Of a DNA stretch of 64,000 bases, positions 1 through 11,328 are shown piece by piece. Source of the DNA: an uncultured Chloroflexia bacterium (GTDB lineage: Bacteria > Chloroflexota > Limnocylindria > Limnocylindrales > CSP1-4); contig CAWEYP010000019.1 in the NCBI GenBank assembly GCA_963813305.1, positions 130,727 to 194,726 on the forward strand. The letters are read 5' to 3'. Positions within the stretch are counted from its first letter, which is position 1, and each line of letters starts with the position of its first letter. The notes beneath the pieces were generated by a model. It made no database searches. It was not told the DNA's origin and saw only the letters and a program-made list of their open reading frames with translations. A program made the position numbers and the translations under genes.

Positions 1-65
1 ACGACGCCGACGAGCAGGCCCACGATCCGCAGGAGGCTGATGTCGGCGAACATCGGTCCGGTCAC
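1..65 (-). CDS. N-terminus of a membrane protein running off the window edge (partial)
   Basis: GTG at 65 overlaps the upstream TGA (GTGA coupling). Manual translation gives MTGPMFADISLLRIVGLLVGV, which is hydrophobic. Confidence 0.45.
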   Translation of the reverse strand, partial: MTGPMFADISLLRIVGLLVGV

Positions 66-2169
66 CCTCCCATGGTGGCTGGCTCCGCGACGGCGTAGAG
101 GAGCAGGCGGCCGCCGTCGAACGAGCGAACCAGAGTGTAGCCCGCGCTCTGATCGAGAGCCTCGATGTCGGTCACGAACGGCAGGTACCCGCCGAGATCC
201 GCCCCGGTGGCCCCGTCGCCGGCGACGAGCAGGTGGGTGACGCCCTCGCGAGCCAGGTACCGTCGCGAGCCCTCGCCATCGGGATCGAGGAAGACCCGGC
301 GCGCGCCCAGGACGAGGTTCGTGGACTCCCCGAGGAACGCCATGTTCTCGAGGTAGACGGCACGCCCGTCGACGATCCCGGTGCGCCGGGCGAGGGCGGC
401 AACCGAGCCGTCCGTGTAGGCGTTGGCCAGGAGCCGCGCTTCCGACGGCAGGTTCGCATCGATCCAGCGGTAGGTGTCGTACCCCGCCACCGTGAGACCC
501 GGTTCCGGGTCCTCGTCGAGCACGACGCCGGGCGCCGGCGCGATCATCCCGATCGTGAGCACCAGGAGGGCAAGGGCGGAGGCGACCGGGGCGCCGCGGG
601 GCAGAAGGGCGCGCCAGCCGGATCGCAGGAAGCGGTCGGCGAGACCGAGCAGGACGCGCGGCCGCCACCACCGGCAGCACCAGCACGTACGGCATCAGCC
701 GCCGCGGCCCGGTGCGCATCGGGACGTAGGTGTCGGAGATCGCGAACAGCAGGTAGGCGCCGGCCACGAGGGCAGCGCCGAAGACCGCGGTTGCCAGCGA
801 CCAGTCGCCGGCGGCGAGCGTCGAGGAACGGCCAGGCCAGCAGCGGGGCCAGCAGGAGGCCCGCCAGGACCACGAGGAAGTAGGACGAGACGCGCATCGA
901 GGCCCGGCCAGACGAGCAGGATCGAGCGCGGCAGCAACCGCCGATCGGTGAACGAGCTCGGCGGCTCGCGGCCCTGCTGGCCCGGAGCGACAGCCGCCAC
1001 GTAGAAGTCCCACGTCGGGTCGTCGGTGAACGTCCAGCCGGGCGGCATCTCGTCCGCCGACGGAGGGGCCGGAGCCTCCGTCGCGGCGCGATCGCGGGCG
1101 ACGTAGCCCAGCACCCGGAGCTCACCGGTCAGGCCGTAGGTCGCGACCGCCCCGACGAGCAGGCCGCCGGCCAGCACGGCGCCGGCCACGGCCGCGACCG
1201 GGACGAGGGTGGTCCGGGGAGGGACCCGCAGCCCCAGGCGGCCGCGCGTCGCGAGGAGCCGCGCGGCGGCCAGGCCCACCACGCCCGGCCCCAGGAGGAG
1301 GAAGACCTCCGCGTGGGCGAGCCAGACGACGGCGGCCGCGACGGCGGCGGCAGCGGCGAGGCGCCAGGAGCGCTCGACCATCGCCCGGTCGGCCAGCCAG
1401 AGCGTGAACAGGGCCGGGACGAGCGCCCAGGTCTCCGGCCGGTAGGCGAGGAACTTCCCCTCGAGGCGCACCGTCGCGAGGAGGAGGCACGCGCCCAGCA
1501 CCGCGAGCCAGATCGAGACGAAGCGCCGGAAGAGGAGGACGGCCGCCGCGAACGCCGCGGCCGAGCACGGCCAGCCGGTACGCCTCCAGCGTCACCCGCA
1601 CGTCGAGGTCGGGCAGGAGGGCGAATGCGGCCGCGGTGTGCGCGGTGACGGGGAGGTAGTCGGTCTGGAACGGCCGCAGGGTCCCCCACTCCGGCAGCTC
1701 CGTCGGGAAGCCTGCCCCCAGCGCGCGTCTCGCGGGCCAGGTTCGCGTAGTACCAGACCGTCGAGCTGAACGGCAGGAGCGCCTCGCCGACCGCGGCCCG
1801 CGACGGGAGGATCACCAGCGCCAGCGCGACGCCGACCCCCACCACGCCGAGCACGACGGCCACGGCGTGCCGGCTGCGCATCCGGCTCGCGACGCCGTGG
1901 AGCCACCGCGCAGCGTCACGGCGCCGCCCGGGCAGGAGGAACGGGAGGCCGGTGAGCGCCACCAGGGCGGCGACGATCGCGACCGGCGTGAGGACGCCCA
2001 GGCAGGCCAGCACGGTGCAGGTGACGGCGGCCACCAGTAGACTGGCCGCGGCCGCCCGTCCGGCGGTGACGATCGGAGACCCGGATCCGGGCGCCAGCAC
2101 GGGGCCCCAGGCGAGCCCCGGCAGGACGAAGAGGAGGGCCAGGACGAGCGCGGCCTGGACGAGCTGCAC
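62..2169 (-). CDS. Large polytopic membrane protein, probable GT-C-fold glycosyltransferase (several apparent indels)
   Basis: Coding segments in ORFs 1129..2721, 695..1501, 544..1125 and 62..562 join into about 690 aa with many TM helices. There is a first extracytoplasmic loop (SSTVWYYANLA...FQTDYLP) and a soluble C-terminal domain (YDTYRWIDANLPSEARLLAN...GVTHLLV) typical of GT-C/PMT-like proteins. Confidence 0.6.
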
Positions 2170-2220
2170 GCCCGTGGCGAGCGGATCCGAGGACAGGGTG
2201 ATGAGCCTCCGGTGGAGCCG

Positions 2221-4326
2221 ATGACCGCGGCGCCGACCGATCAGGGACGAGACCCTCCGCGCGGCCACGCCCGAGTGTACGGCACGGCGGCGTCCCGGCC
2301 GGACCCGCGCCGGCCTGGCGGCCTCCTCGTGCTCGCGGCCGTCGTCTTCGGCTTCCGCCTCCTGGCCCCGGCCTACCCCGGCGGCGACCTCCTCTACCAC
2401 GGGGCCCTGGCGCTGGACCTCCTGCGCGACGGCTTGCCGATGGAGGGAGCCTACGCGGGGCTGCCGACCTACTACCCGCCGGGGTACCACGTCCTCCTCG
2501 CGGCGCTCATCGGCGCGTTCGGGGCCTCGCCGGTCACGGCGCCGACCATCCTGTTCGTCCTGCTCCTCCCGGTCCTTCCGCTCGGGACCTTCCTGCTGTC
2601 CGACCGGCTGACCGGCCGGCCATGGGTGGCCGTCCTCGCGGTCGCCCTCACCCTGTTCGGCGGCGCCTACGACCTGAACGCCGGCCGGCAGTGGGTCAAC
2701 AGCCTGTTCATGGGCGGCCACGCCGCCTGCACGGTCTACCCGCGTGACCTCGTCTTCGCGATCCTGCCCTTCGCCGCCTACGCCTTCGTGCGGGCCCTCG
2801 AGCCCGCCGTGGCCCGGGGCGGGGACTCGCGTGGGCGGTAGCCGCCGGCATCCTGCTCGGCGTCGCGGCGCTCGTCCAGGTGCAGCTGCTGCTGCCGATC
2901 CCGTTCGCCTTCGCCGCGGCAGCCCTCGTGGTCGCCGTCCGCGATCCGGCCCGCCGCGGACGCGCGCTCGTCGCGCTGGCCGTCACCGGCATCCTGGCCC
3001 TGCTCCTCGCGGCGCCGTGGCTCGTGCGAGACCGCCGACACGATCCGCCAGAACGGCGGCGTGGCCCTCGACTCCTCGGACCAGCTGGAGCCGGCCCAGT
3101 TCGGCTTCTGGAGCTACCCGCGCGAGTTCGGCCTCCTGCTCCCCTTCGGGCTGCTCGGCGCGGGCGCCGCCCTGCTCTTCCTGCGGCGCCCGGATGGACC
3201 GCGGCCACTCGGCCGAGCCCGGACCCTGGCGACCCTCGCTGCCGGAGGCAGGAGTCCTCCTCGCCACGTGGTGGGCCGTCCCCTTCGCGCTGGGGGTGCT
3301 CTACGACCCGACGTGGCCGCTCGAGGACGCCCTGCGCCCCCAGCGCCTGTGGCTGATCGCCTCGCAGCCGCTCGCCATCCTCGCCGCGATCGGGCTCGTC
3401 ACCGCCAGCCGAGCACGTGCTCCTCCGCCGGCGCTCGCGACTGGGTGGTCCCGGCCATCGTGGTCGTCGCAATCGTGGCCTCGGTGCCGGCGACCTACGC
3501 CACGGCCTCGCTGGTGGCCCGCTCGTGGACGCGGGACGTCTACGCGATGCTGGACCGCGAGGCCGACCGGGTGCCGCACTTCGACCAGCTGCTCGGGCGC
3601 ACGGGTCCCCGCGAGACCGTGCTCGCGCCCGAGGACTGGTCGGCACTGGCCTGGTTCGAGACGGGCCTGCCGGTCGTCGCCCTCGTGCCGCCCGGGTACG
3701 CCAAGCTCGCCTTCGACCCGGCCGTCTTCACGGGGGCCTCGCAGGCGGAACGGCGCGCCGCCCTCGTCGCGGCGTGGTCGGGCGACATCGGCGCGCTCGC
3801 AACGGTGGCCGATCGGTTCGACGCGCGGCGGATCGTGATCCCGCGCGACGGCGACCGATGGTCCCTCGTGAGCGTTGCCGCGGCCGCGGTGGCGGGCGTG
3901 GATCCCGGCGCGGCGCCGGGCGGCCAGATCGTCGAGGGCAACGGCTGGGACGCGGTGGCGCTCGAGGCAGGCGAGCGCCTCGTCCTCCCCGCCACGGCGG
4001 CGGGGCCGCTGGAGGTGGCCGTCCGCGTACCCCAGCTCGGTGGCGGGGTGGCGCCCGCCGCGAGCCTTCGCCTCGTCGCCTTGCCGGCCGGCGGCGAGGG
4101 GGCCGGCCGCTCGCTGGCCGTCATCGACATCCCTGCCGGCGCCGACGCCTGGCGTCGCGGGAGCGCCGCGGTGACCCTGGCGGCGGGCGAGCGCCTTGCC
4201 GTCGAGGCGATCACGCCGACCGTCCTCCAGGCCGTCGCGGGCTGGGCCGCGCGCCCTGACCTGCCGGCCGGCTGGCGCATCGCCTCCGAGACCGACGAGG
4301 CCACGGTCCTGGAGCGGCTCCCGTGA
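2221..4326 (+). CDS. GT-C glycosyltransferase, AftA-like N-terminal loop, C-terminal beta-rich domain (several apparent indels)
   Basis: Segments of ORFs 2212..2841, 2880..3356 and 3061..4326 join into about 700 aa. Motif GDLLYH...YAGLPTYYPPGYH, then multiple TMs and a soluble C-terminal domain. Confidence 0.65.
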
Positions 4327-5386
4327 CCCGCTGGCTGCGCCGGCCGGTCGTCTGGCTGCCGGTCTCGGGGCGCTCCTGGCCCTCGTCGCGTGGCGCTCCC
4401 GGGTCTGGGAGGCGGGGGAGATCCTCGGGACACCCGATCCGGTGCCGCTCCTCGTCGCGATCCTCCTCAACGGGGGCCTCGCTCTCCTGTGGGCCGTCCG
4501 GTCGGCCGACCTGCTGGCGGCAGCCGGCAGCCCCGTGGCCATCGCCCCGCTCATCCCGATGACGGTCTTCGCGAACACGATCAACAACCTGACGCCCGGC
4601 TCGGCCGGCGAGGTGGTGCGCGCCTGGATGCTGCGCGTCCACCACGGCGTGCCCTACGCGACGGGCGGCGCCGTCATCGTGATCGAGCGACTCGTGGCGA
4701 TCGCCTACCTCGGCGCCAGCGCGGCCATCGTCTGGTTCGCCCGCCCGCTCGCGCTGCCCGGCCCGGTCGTGGTGGCGCTCCTCATGCTCCTGGTGATCCT
4801 GCCGGGCCTCCTGTACCGCATCGGCCTGCGACCCGCCGCCCTCCTTGCCCGGCTGCCGCTCGGCCGGCTGGTCGGAACGGAGCGCTGGGCGCGGATCGGG
4901 GGCGGGCTCGTGCGGATGGACGCCACGATCGCGAGCCTCGTCACCCATCCGCGCCATCTCGGTGTCTTCGCCGTGACCAGCACCCTGGTCTTCGCGTGCT
5001 ACACGGCGCAGCTCTGGCTCGTCGCGCAGTCGGTCGGGATCGTGCTCGACCCGCTCCTCTGCTGGGGCGCGCTGGGCCTGGCGATCGTGGCCGGCGTCCT
5101 CTCGCTCCTCCCGTTCGGCCTCGGGGCGGCCGACCTGGTGCTGGCCGCGCTCCTCACCTCGCTGGGCGTCCCGGCGCCTGCCGCGGGCGCCATCGCGTTC
5201 GGCTACCGGCTCGTCTCCACGCTGCCGCTTGGCCTCCTGGGCGGCGTCTCGTACGCCTGGCTCAGCGCCCGCCTGCCGGAGGGTGGCCCGTCGGCGGCCA
5301 TGGCGACAGCCCGAGCCGCGATGGCCGACGAAGCCAGCGTCGTCCCGGCCGATCGGGCAGGCGAACCGGCCGAGGCCAACCCGTGA
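4323..5386 (+). CDS. Lysylphosphatidylglycerol-synthase TM / UPF0104 flippase-like membrane protein (indel near 4365)
   Basis: Family motifs ANTINNLTPGSAGEVVRAWML, VIERLVA, LSLLPFGLGAAD and AFGYRLVS. GTGA overlap with the upstream gene. Confidence 0.8.
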
Positions 5387-6672
5387 CGCCGGCCGGGCTC
5401 GTGGCAGGTGCCGCCGTCGCGGTGGCCCTGGCCGCCGGCGCGTTGCTGACGCTCCCGGCCGTTCGCCGCACCGGCCTCGGGATCGTGCACCCGGCGCCGG
5501 CCTGGCTGGCTCTGCACGCGGTCTTCTTCGGCGTCGGTGCGGCGATCCTGGCCGCAGACGGGGCCATCGCCCCCGGAACCGCCTGGTACACGGCGGGTGC
5601 CGCCGTCGCGACGGCCCTCGGGGTCGCCGCGTCGAACCTCCTCGCCCGCCGGCGCGGCGCCGGGCCGATCCCGCGCGATCCCGGCGTGACCGTCGGGGCG
5701 CCGGATCCCGCGCCGGCGCGCCCGGTCGTCGTCGTCGTCCTCGTGGGCATCGCGCTGGCCCTGATCGCGCCCGGGATCCTGGCAACGGGGCTCCCGCTCC
5801 TGGCCGACGACCCGACGGGGGCCCGCCTCGAGCTCGCGGGGTTCGTCGTCCAGCCGCTGCGGGTCGCCCTCCCGGCCGCCGCCGTGGTCGCGGTGCTGGG
5901 CGCGGCGCGGAGGCCGACACGGCGCCGCGTCGCCGGGGCTGGCATCGGGGTCGGGCTCGCCATCGCGTTCACCCTCCTCCTGGCCAGCCGCTACCTCGCC
6001 GCGGAGTTGGCGGCCGCCCTCGTCGTAGGGTGGCTGCTCGCCGGGCGCCGCATCCCGGCGCGGATCGTGGCCCTCGTCGGGATCGCCGTGGTGCTCGCCT
6101 TCGGCGCCGTGCAGGTCGTGCGCGCTCCCGAGCTCTCGACCGGCCGGGAGCTCGTCTTCGCGATCGAGCGGACGATCTCGCGGGTGCTCTTCGTCCAGCC
6201 TCGCACGCTCGACGCCCTCATGGAGGAGATCCCCGCGGAGACGCCGTTCTTCGGCGGGCTCACCTGGGCGCGGCGGCTCGGACCGGCGCTGGGCCGCGAC
6301 GAGATCCCGAACCTCGGCTACTGGATCTACCCGGAGGTCTTCCCGGACCAGGATCCGGCGATCCCCGGCTACGCGGCGCCGGGCCTCATCGGCGAGGCAT
6401 GGGCGAACTTCGGCGTCGCGGGGCTGGGGATCTTCTTCGCCCTTGGGGTCGCCCTGGAGCGACTGGGCGCCCTCCTGGCCCGGAGGCGGGCCGGGACGGG
6501 CGACGTGGCCGCCGGCGCGCTGGCGATCGTCGTGCTGGCCCGCACGCACGCGCTGGGCCTGAACGGCGCCCTCCTGCTGGTGGGCCTCGTCGTCGGCTGG
6601 CGCCTCCTCGCCGCGTCGGGCACGCGCGACCTCGCGGCCGACGTGGCGCGAGTCGCCCGCTGGCGCACCTGA
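5383..6672 (+). CDS. Wzy-like oligosaccharide repeat-unit polymerase (about 10-11 TM)
   Basis: 429-aa polytopic protein with LLASRY and a late loop ending YAAPGLIGEAWANFGVAG, resembling Wzy. Polysaccharide context and GTGA overlap. Confidence 0.55.
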   Translation: MTPAGLVAGAAVAVALAAGALLTLPAVRRTGLGIVHPAPAWLALHAVFFGVGAAILAADGAIAPGTAWYTAGAAVATALGVAASNLLARRRGAGPIPRDPGVTVGAPDPAPARPVVVVVLVGIALALIAPGILATGLPLLADDPTGARLELAGFVVQPLRVALPAAAVVAVLGAARRPTRRRVAGAGIGVGLAIAFTLLLASRYLAAELAAALVVGWLLAGRRIPARIVALVGIAVVLAFGAVQVVRAPELSTGRELVFAIERTISRVLFVQPRTLDALMEEIPAETPFFGGLTWARRLGPALGRDEIPNLGYWIYPEVFPDQDPAIPGYAAPGLIGEAWANFGVAGLGIFFALGVALERLGALLARRRAGTGDVAAGALAIVVLARTHALGLNGALLLVGLVVGWRLLAASGTRDLAADVARVARWRT

Positions 6673-6678
6673 GATCGG

Positions 6679-7836
6679 CTACGGCGCAGGCGTGGCCGAG
6701 GGCGCGGCGCTGGCGGCGGGGGACGGGGCCGGCGGCCATGTCGCACCCTTGCGCACCGGCGGGAAGTTCTTGGCGATCCAGGCCCGACAGATCTTGAGGT
6801 CGAGCTCGAACGCCGAGCCGCCCAGCTCCACCGTGTACGACCGCGGCCCGAAGACGACGCGCCTCGCCGATCCGAGCTTCGCCCGGCTGACGATGTCGTA
6901 GATGTCCTTGACCTTGTCGGATGGCAGGTCGGTGCGGACCGTGTCCGCGGCGATCCGCAGCAGCTTGGGAAGGACGGCCGGGCCCCGGTCGCGGACCTTC
7001 TTGAGAGCGGCCATCACGAGCAGCTGCTGGCGGCGAGCGCGCCCGAAGTCACTGTCGCCCTTGCGGCTGCGGGCCAGGACCAGGGCGGACTTCCCGTTGA
7101 GCTTGCTCGAGCCGGCCGGGAGGCCCCAGCCCTGCACCTTCGAGGTCACCCAGTAGTACGGGTCGTAGTACGCCTTGTCGAGCGTGACCGTCACGCCGCC
7201 GACCGCGTCCACCATGCGCCGGACGCCCTCGAAGCCGATGAAGACGAAGCCGTCGAGCTCGATGCGGAACGCCTTCTCGACCGCCTGCTCCATGGCGGTG
7301 TTGCCGTTCTTCGACGTCGCAAGCAGGTGCTGGTAGAGGGCGTTCGCCTTGCCGGCGTAGACGCCGCCGGCGGGCAGCGGGAAGTTGAGCGTGTCCCGCG
7401 GGATGGAGAAGGCGGCGGTCTTGCCGGTCACGGGATCCACCGACACGACCATGATCGCGTCCGTCCGGTTCCCGGGATGGGCGGGTCGATAGTCCGAACC
7501 GAGGAGGAGGACCGTGAACCGCCCGTCGGTGCCGAGGACCGGGTCGGCACCGGCGGGCGCGGGAGACGGTGTCGTCACGGCCTCCACCGAGGGAGCAGGG
7601 CTGGGCTCGGGGGGCAGGGCGGGCGGCGTCTCGCCCGGGGCGAAGCTCTGGGGGGTCGGCTCGGGCTCCTCCGACGCCGCGGCGGCAGGCGGGGAGGTCG
7701 GGGCCGGGCCTGCCAGGCCGGCGGCGAGGGCGAGGCCCAGGCCGCCCACGGCCACGGCCGCGACGACGAGGCCCCCGACGGCGAGCGCGCGGCTCGCGGG
7801 CCGCATCGCGCGCCAGGTGGTGCGAAGGTCGCTCAT
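6679..7836 (-). CDS. LCP (LytR-CpsA-Psr) family glycopolymer transferase
   Basis: N-terminal TM and Pro-rich linker, then LLLGSDYR...RTDAIMVVSVD, SIPRDT and ARSRKGDSDFGRARRQQ. Confidence 0.92.
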   Translation of the reverse strand: MSDLRTTWRAMRPASRALAVGGLVVAAVAVGGLGLALAAGLAGPAPTSPPAAAASEEPEPTPQSFAPGETPPALPPEPSPAPSVEAVTTPSPAPAGADPVLGTDGRFTVLLLGSDYRPAHPGNRTDAIMVVSVDPVTGKTAAFSIPRDTLNFPLPAGGVYAGKANALYQHLLATSKNGNTAMEQAVEKAFRIELDGFVFIGFEGVRRMVDAVGGVTVTLDKAYYDPYYWVTSKVQGWGLPAGSSKLNGKSALVLARSRKGDSDFGRARRQQLLVMAALKKVRDRGPAVLPKLLRIAADTVRTDLPSDKVKDIYDIVSRAKLGSARRVVFGPRSYTVELGGSAFELDLKICRAWIAKNFPPVRKGATWPPAPSPAASAAPSATPAP

Positions 7837-8007
7837 GTCACCGGACCGTAGCACACGTCACCGCACCCAACCCCGGGACGAAGGTCCCGCCGGCAAAGGA
7901 CATCCGGCCATGGGCGCGCGCGGTACGATGGCACCCTCGCTGGGGGCGGCAAGGAGGCGCATGCGCGTCCCGGGCGCAGAAACGACCACACGCGGAGGCC
8001 AGCGCGG

Positions 8008-9457
8008 ATGATCCGCCGGCACGCGACGACGCTCCGGCTCAGCCTCGCGGCCGTCGACTTCCTCTCGGCCATCGTCGTCTTCGTTGGCGTCAGCATCGTC
8101 CGCTTCGGGCCGGCATGGCGCGAAGCGTGGGACGCGGCCGCGGCCGATCCGTGGCTCCTCGCCCTCTCCTACGGCGCCGGATGGGTCGGGATCCTGTGGC
8201 TGCTCGGGCTGTACCGCCTGCGCGCCCGGTGGTCCTGGCGCACGGAGTGGACGGACCTCCTCCGGGCGATCCTCCTCATCGCCTTCCTCACGTTCGCCTT
8301 CCTCTTCGTCGTCAAGCTCCCGAACGTCAGCCGGCTCTTCCTGCTCTGGCTGTTCGTCACCCAGGCGGTGGTGGCGTTGGCCTCGCGCGGCATCCTCCGG
8401 CTCCTCTTCGCCCGCGCCCACGAAGCGGGGCGCAACTCCCGGTTCGTCCTGGTCATCGGCGACGGCCCCGGGGCCCACGACTTCGCGGCCAGGCTCGAAC
8501 GCAACGCGTATCTCGGCCTGCGGGTCGTGGGCTTCCTCGCGGATCCGCGGCCGGATGACGCGCGACCCGGTGCCGCCCCCGCGGCCACCGAGCCTGGACC
8601 ACTCGGGGGGTCCGCTCCCCCTTGGGACGTTGGGCCGGATCGGCGAGATCGAGGCGGTCCTGCGGTCGACGGTCGTCGACGAGGTCGCGATCTGCCTGCC
8701 GCCCGAGCACGGTGCATTCGTCGAGCCTGTCGCCCGCCTGTGCGAGGAGGAGGGGCTGGTGGTCCGCGTTCCGCTCGTGGCCGGTAGCACGGCGGTCCCC
8801 GGTGGGCGCCTCGAGGACTTCGAGGGGATCCGTCTCCAGTCGCTGGCTTACGGACCGGATCGGTCCCTGTGGTTGATCGCCAAGCGGCTCATCGACATCG
8901 TCGGCGCCGCTGCCGTCCTCGCCGTCCTGGCCCCGCTCCTCATCGGGGTCGCGGTCTTCGTCGCGGCTCGGGATGGGCGCCCGGTGCTCTTCCGGCAGAT
9001 CCGCGTGGGTGTCCGCGGGAGACCCTTCAAGATCTACAAGTTCCGAACGATGTACCGCGACGCCGAGGATCGATACGAAGAGGTAGCCGCGCTGAGCGAT
9101 ACCAGGGGAGCGGCCTTCAAGATGACCGATGACCCGCGGATCACGTCGTGGGGTCGAGTGCTGCGCAGGGCGAGCATCGACGAGTTCCCGCAGTTCCTCA
9201 ATGTGCTGCGCGGGGAGATGAGCATCGTCGGCCCGCGCCCAGCGCCGCCGCGAGAGGTGGCCGAGTACGACGTCTGGCATCGGCGACGCCTGTCCGTGAA
9301 GCCCGGCATCACCGGCCTCTGGCAGGTGGAAGCCCGGCTCGACGAGGACTTCGACCGACGAGCGCGCCTCGACCTGGACTACATCGACCGCTGGTCGCTC
9401 TGGCTCGACGTCAAGATCATCCTGCGGACGGTCCCCGCGATGTTCCGCGGCCGCTGA
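8008..9457 (+). CDS. Priming polyprenyl-phosphate sugar-1-phosphate transferase, WcaJ/CpsE-like (indel near 8600)
   Basis: N-terminal TMs and CoA-binding-like domain (VLVIGDG), then KRLIDI, FRQIRVG...FKIYKFRTM, DDPRIT, SIDEFPQFLNVLRGEMSIVGPRP, KPGITGLWQV and DLDYIDRWSLWLDVKII. Confidence 0.9.
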
Positions 9458-9471
9458 GGGCGGCGGAGCGC

Positions 9472-10872
9472 CTACGGGGCCGGAGACGCGGCTCCCGACT
9501 CCTTCTTGAAGTAGCGGCTGTCCTCGCCGAAGAGGCGGATGGACGCCTGCGCGAACTTCGCCATGTCGGGGACCAGGATGTAGGAGCCCGCGTTTCCCGG
9601 GTTCGTGGCGTAGGGCGGGCCCAGGACGATCTTCTTGATGTCCGCTTCCTCGATCGACCTGCCGAGATCCAGCATCTCCGAGAGCCGCGAGGCGGGGAAG
9701 TTGGTCTTGAGCGTGTCGCCGGCGGCATCGAGGATCGCCGGGAGCTTGGGGAGCATCGCCGGGTCGGTCATCTTCTTCTGGAGCGCCAGGAGGAGCTGCT
9801 GCTGGCGGCGCGCCCGGGTGAAGTCGTTGTCGCCGGCGCCCTTGCGCGAACGTACGAAGGCGAGGGCCTCCTGGCCGTCGAGACGCTGCTTGCCGGCGGG
9901 AAGGTAGAAGCCGATCTTCCGGCCGTCCGTCCAGCCGCCGTAGGAGGGGTCGTTGATCGCCCGCTCGTTGTTCACCGTGACCCCGCCGACCAGGTCGATG
10001 AGGGTCACGAAGCCATCCAGGTTGACAGCTGCGTAGTAGTGGACCGGGACGCCGACCAGGTAGCTCACCTCCTTGACCAGCGTGGTGGTCGGCCCGTCGG
10101 GGAACTCCTCCCGGTGGCGCCCCGCGTACGACATGAGGCTGTTGATCTTGCCGGTGAACGTGCCGCCCTTCCAGAGCGGGAAACGGGCCAGGTCACGCGG
10201 GATGCTGGCCATCGCGCCGGTCTTCGCCTCGGGGTCCACGCTGACGACGAGCAGCGTGTCCGTCAGGGCATGCGTCCGCGTCTCGGACGAATCGATCCCG
10301 GTGAGCAGGACGGTGATCCGGGACGCGACGGTCTCGGGCGTCTCGATGGGTGTTGCCCCGGCGATCGGGTCCGTGGGCGAGGTGGCGAGAGATCCGCCCG
10401 GCGATGCGCCGGGGTCGGTCGTCGGCAGGGGCACGTCGCCGCCACCGCCGCCCACGAAGATCTGGCTGCCGGCATCGTAGAAGGACCACGTGAGATACCC
10501 GAGGTACCCGTGCACCCCGACGACGGAGACTCCGAGGACAGCCAGAATGCCGGCGGCGAGGAGCATCCGGCCGCCGGATCGGCGGGCGAACAGCCAGGCG
10601 TCCGCCATCGCGACCAGGCGCCAGGCTCCCATGATGAGGCCGAGGATCAGCGCGGTCTGGGCGTAGCTGGGGTCGAAGAGATCCAGCGCCATGCCCTCGA
10701 GGCCACGAGAGGCAATCTGGACGGCCGCCCAGCCGAGCACCACGGCAACTGGCAGCGCGTAGAGCAGGGCCGAACGGTTGCGGCGCTGGTAGGCCTGTCC
10801 GAGGCCGGGCCAGAGGAAGGAGAGGAAGACGGCAACGGATGCCGAGCGGCCGCGCGCGGAAATCGAGGTCAA
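9472..10872 (-). CDS. LCP family glycopolymer transferase with a multi-TM N-terminus
   Basis: LLTGIDS...LTDTLLVVSVD, SIPRDL, YYAAVNLDGF and FVRSRKG..DNDFTRARRQQ. Confidence 0.92.
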   Translation of the reverse strand: MTSISARGRSASVAVFLSFLWPGLGQAYQRRNRSALLYALPVAVVLGWAAVQIASRGLEGMALDLFDPSYAQTALILGLIMGAWRLVAMADAWLFARRSGGRMLLAAGILAVLGVSVVGVHGYLGYLTWSFYDAGSQIFVGGGGGDVPLPTTDPGASPGGSLATSPTDPIAGATPIETPETVASRITVLLTGIDSSETRTHALTDTLLVVSVDPEAKTGAMASIPRDLARFPLWKGGTFTGKINSLMSYAGRHREEFPDGPTTTLVKEVSYLVGVPVHYYAAVNLDGFVTLIDLVGGVTVNNERAINDPSYGGWTDGRKIGFYLPAGKQRLDGQEALAFVRSRKGAGDNDFTRARRQQQLLLALQKKMTDPAMLPKLPAILDAAGDTLKTNFPASRLSEMLDLGRSIEEADIKKIVLGPPYATNPGNAGSYILVPDMAKFAQASIRLFGEDSRYFKKESGAASPAP

Positions 10873-11124
10873 GATAGATGCACTCTGACGGGGGAACGGC
10901 CGGGGCCGTGTGTCGTGGGTCGTGGGTCGTGGCAGGAACGCTACCGCATGGGACGGTGGCTGTCATGCACTCGTGACGCTGCCACGCCAGGGCGCCGCGG
11001 GCGGCGCCGCGCGCGATGCCGTCGCTGGCGACGGCGAGTCGCGTGGTCGTCAGGCTCCTCGCCACCGGGCGCACAGCACCTCCCGTGCGGACACGACATG
11101 CGTCATCACGCCGACGATACAGTA

Positions 11125-11295
11125 GTCGGTGATGTTGAAGCCCGGCGTGATCGCGTTGGCGGTCCCCCAGCCCGCGACCTCGCGGGCGACCGCCCTGGCC
11201 AAGCCGACGAGCCCGGGTCTCGATAACGAGTAGTTCGCCTGGCCGGCCTGGCCGGCCAGGCCCGAGACGCTCGACATGTTGATGATCCGGCCGGA
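11125..11295 (-). pseudogene. Decayed internal fragment of a FabG-like SDR
   Basis: SGRIINMSSVSGLAGQAGQANYSLSRPGLVGLARAVAREVAGWGTANAITPGF aligns to fabG at 19813-19974, with 37 of 54 columns identical by manual count. No N-terminal Rossmann motif; catalytic YxxxK reads YSLSR. Confidence 0.75.
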
Positions 11296-11328
11296 GGCCC
11301 ACAGTCCGACCGACACTCGCGCCGAAGG

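Noticed and set aside
10912-10932. (GTCGTGG)x3 tandem repeat
   Set aside because: It is real but only three copies in GC-rich intergenic DNA, which is too short to argue for phase variation.
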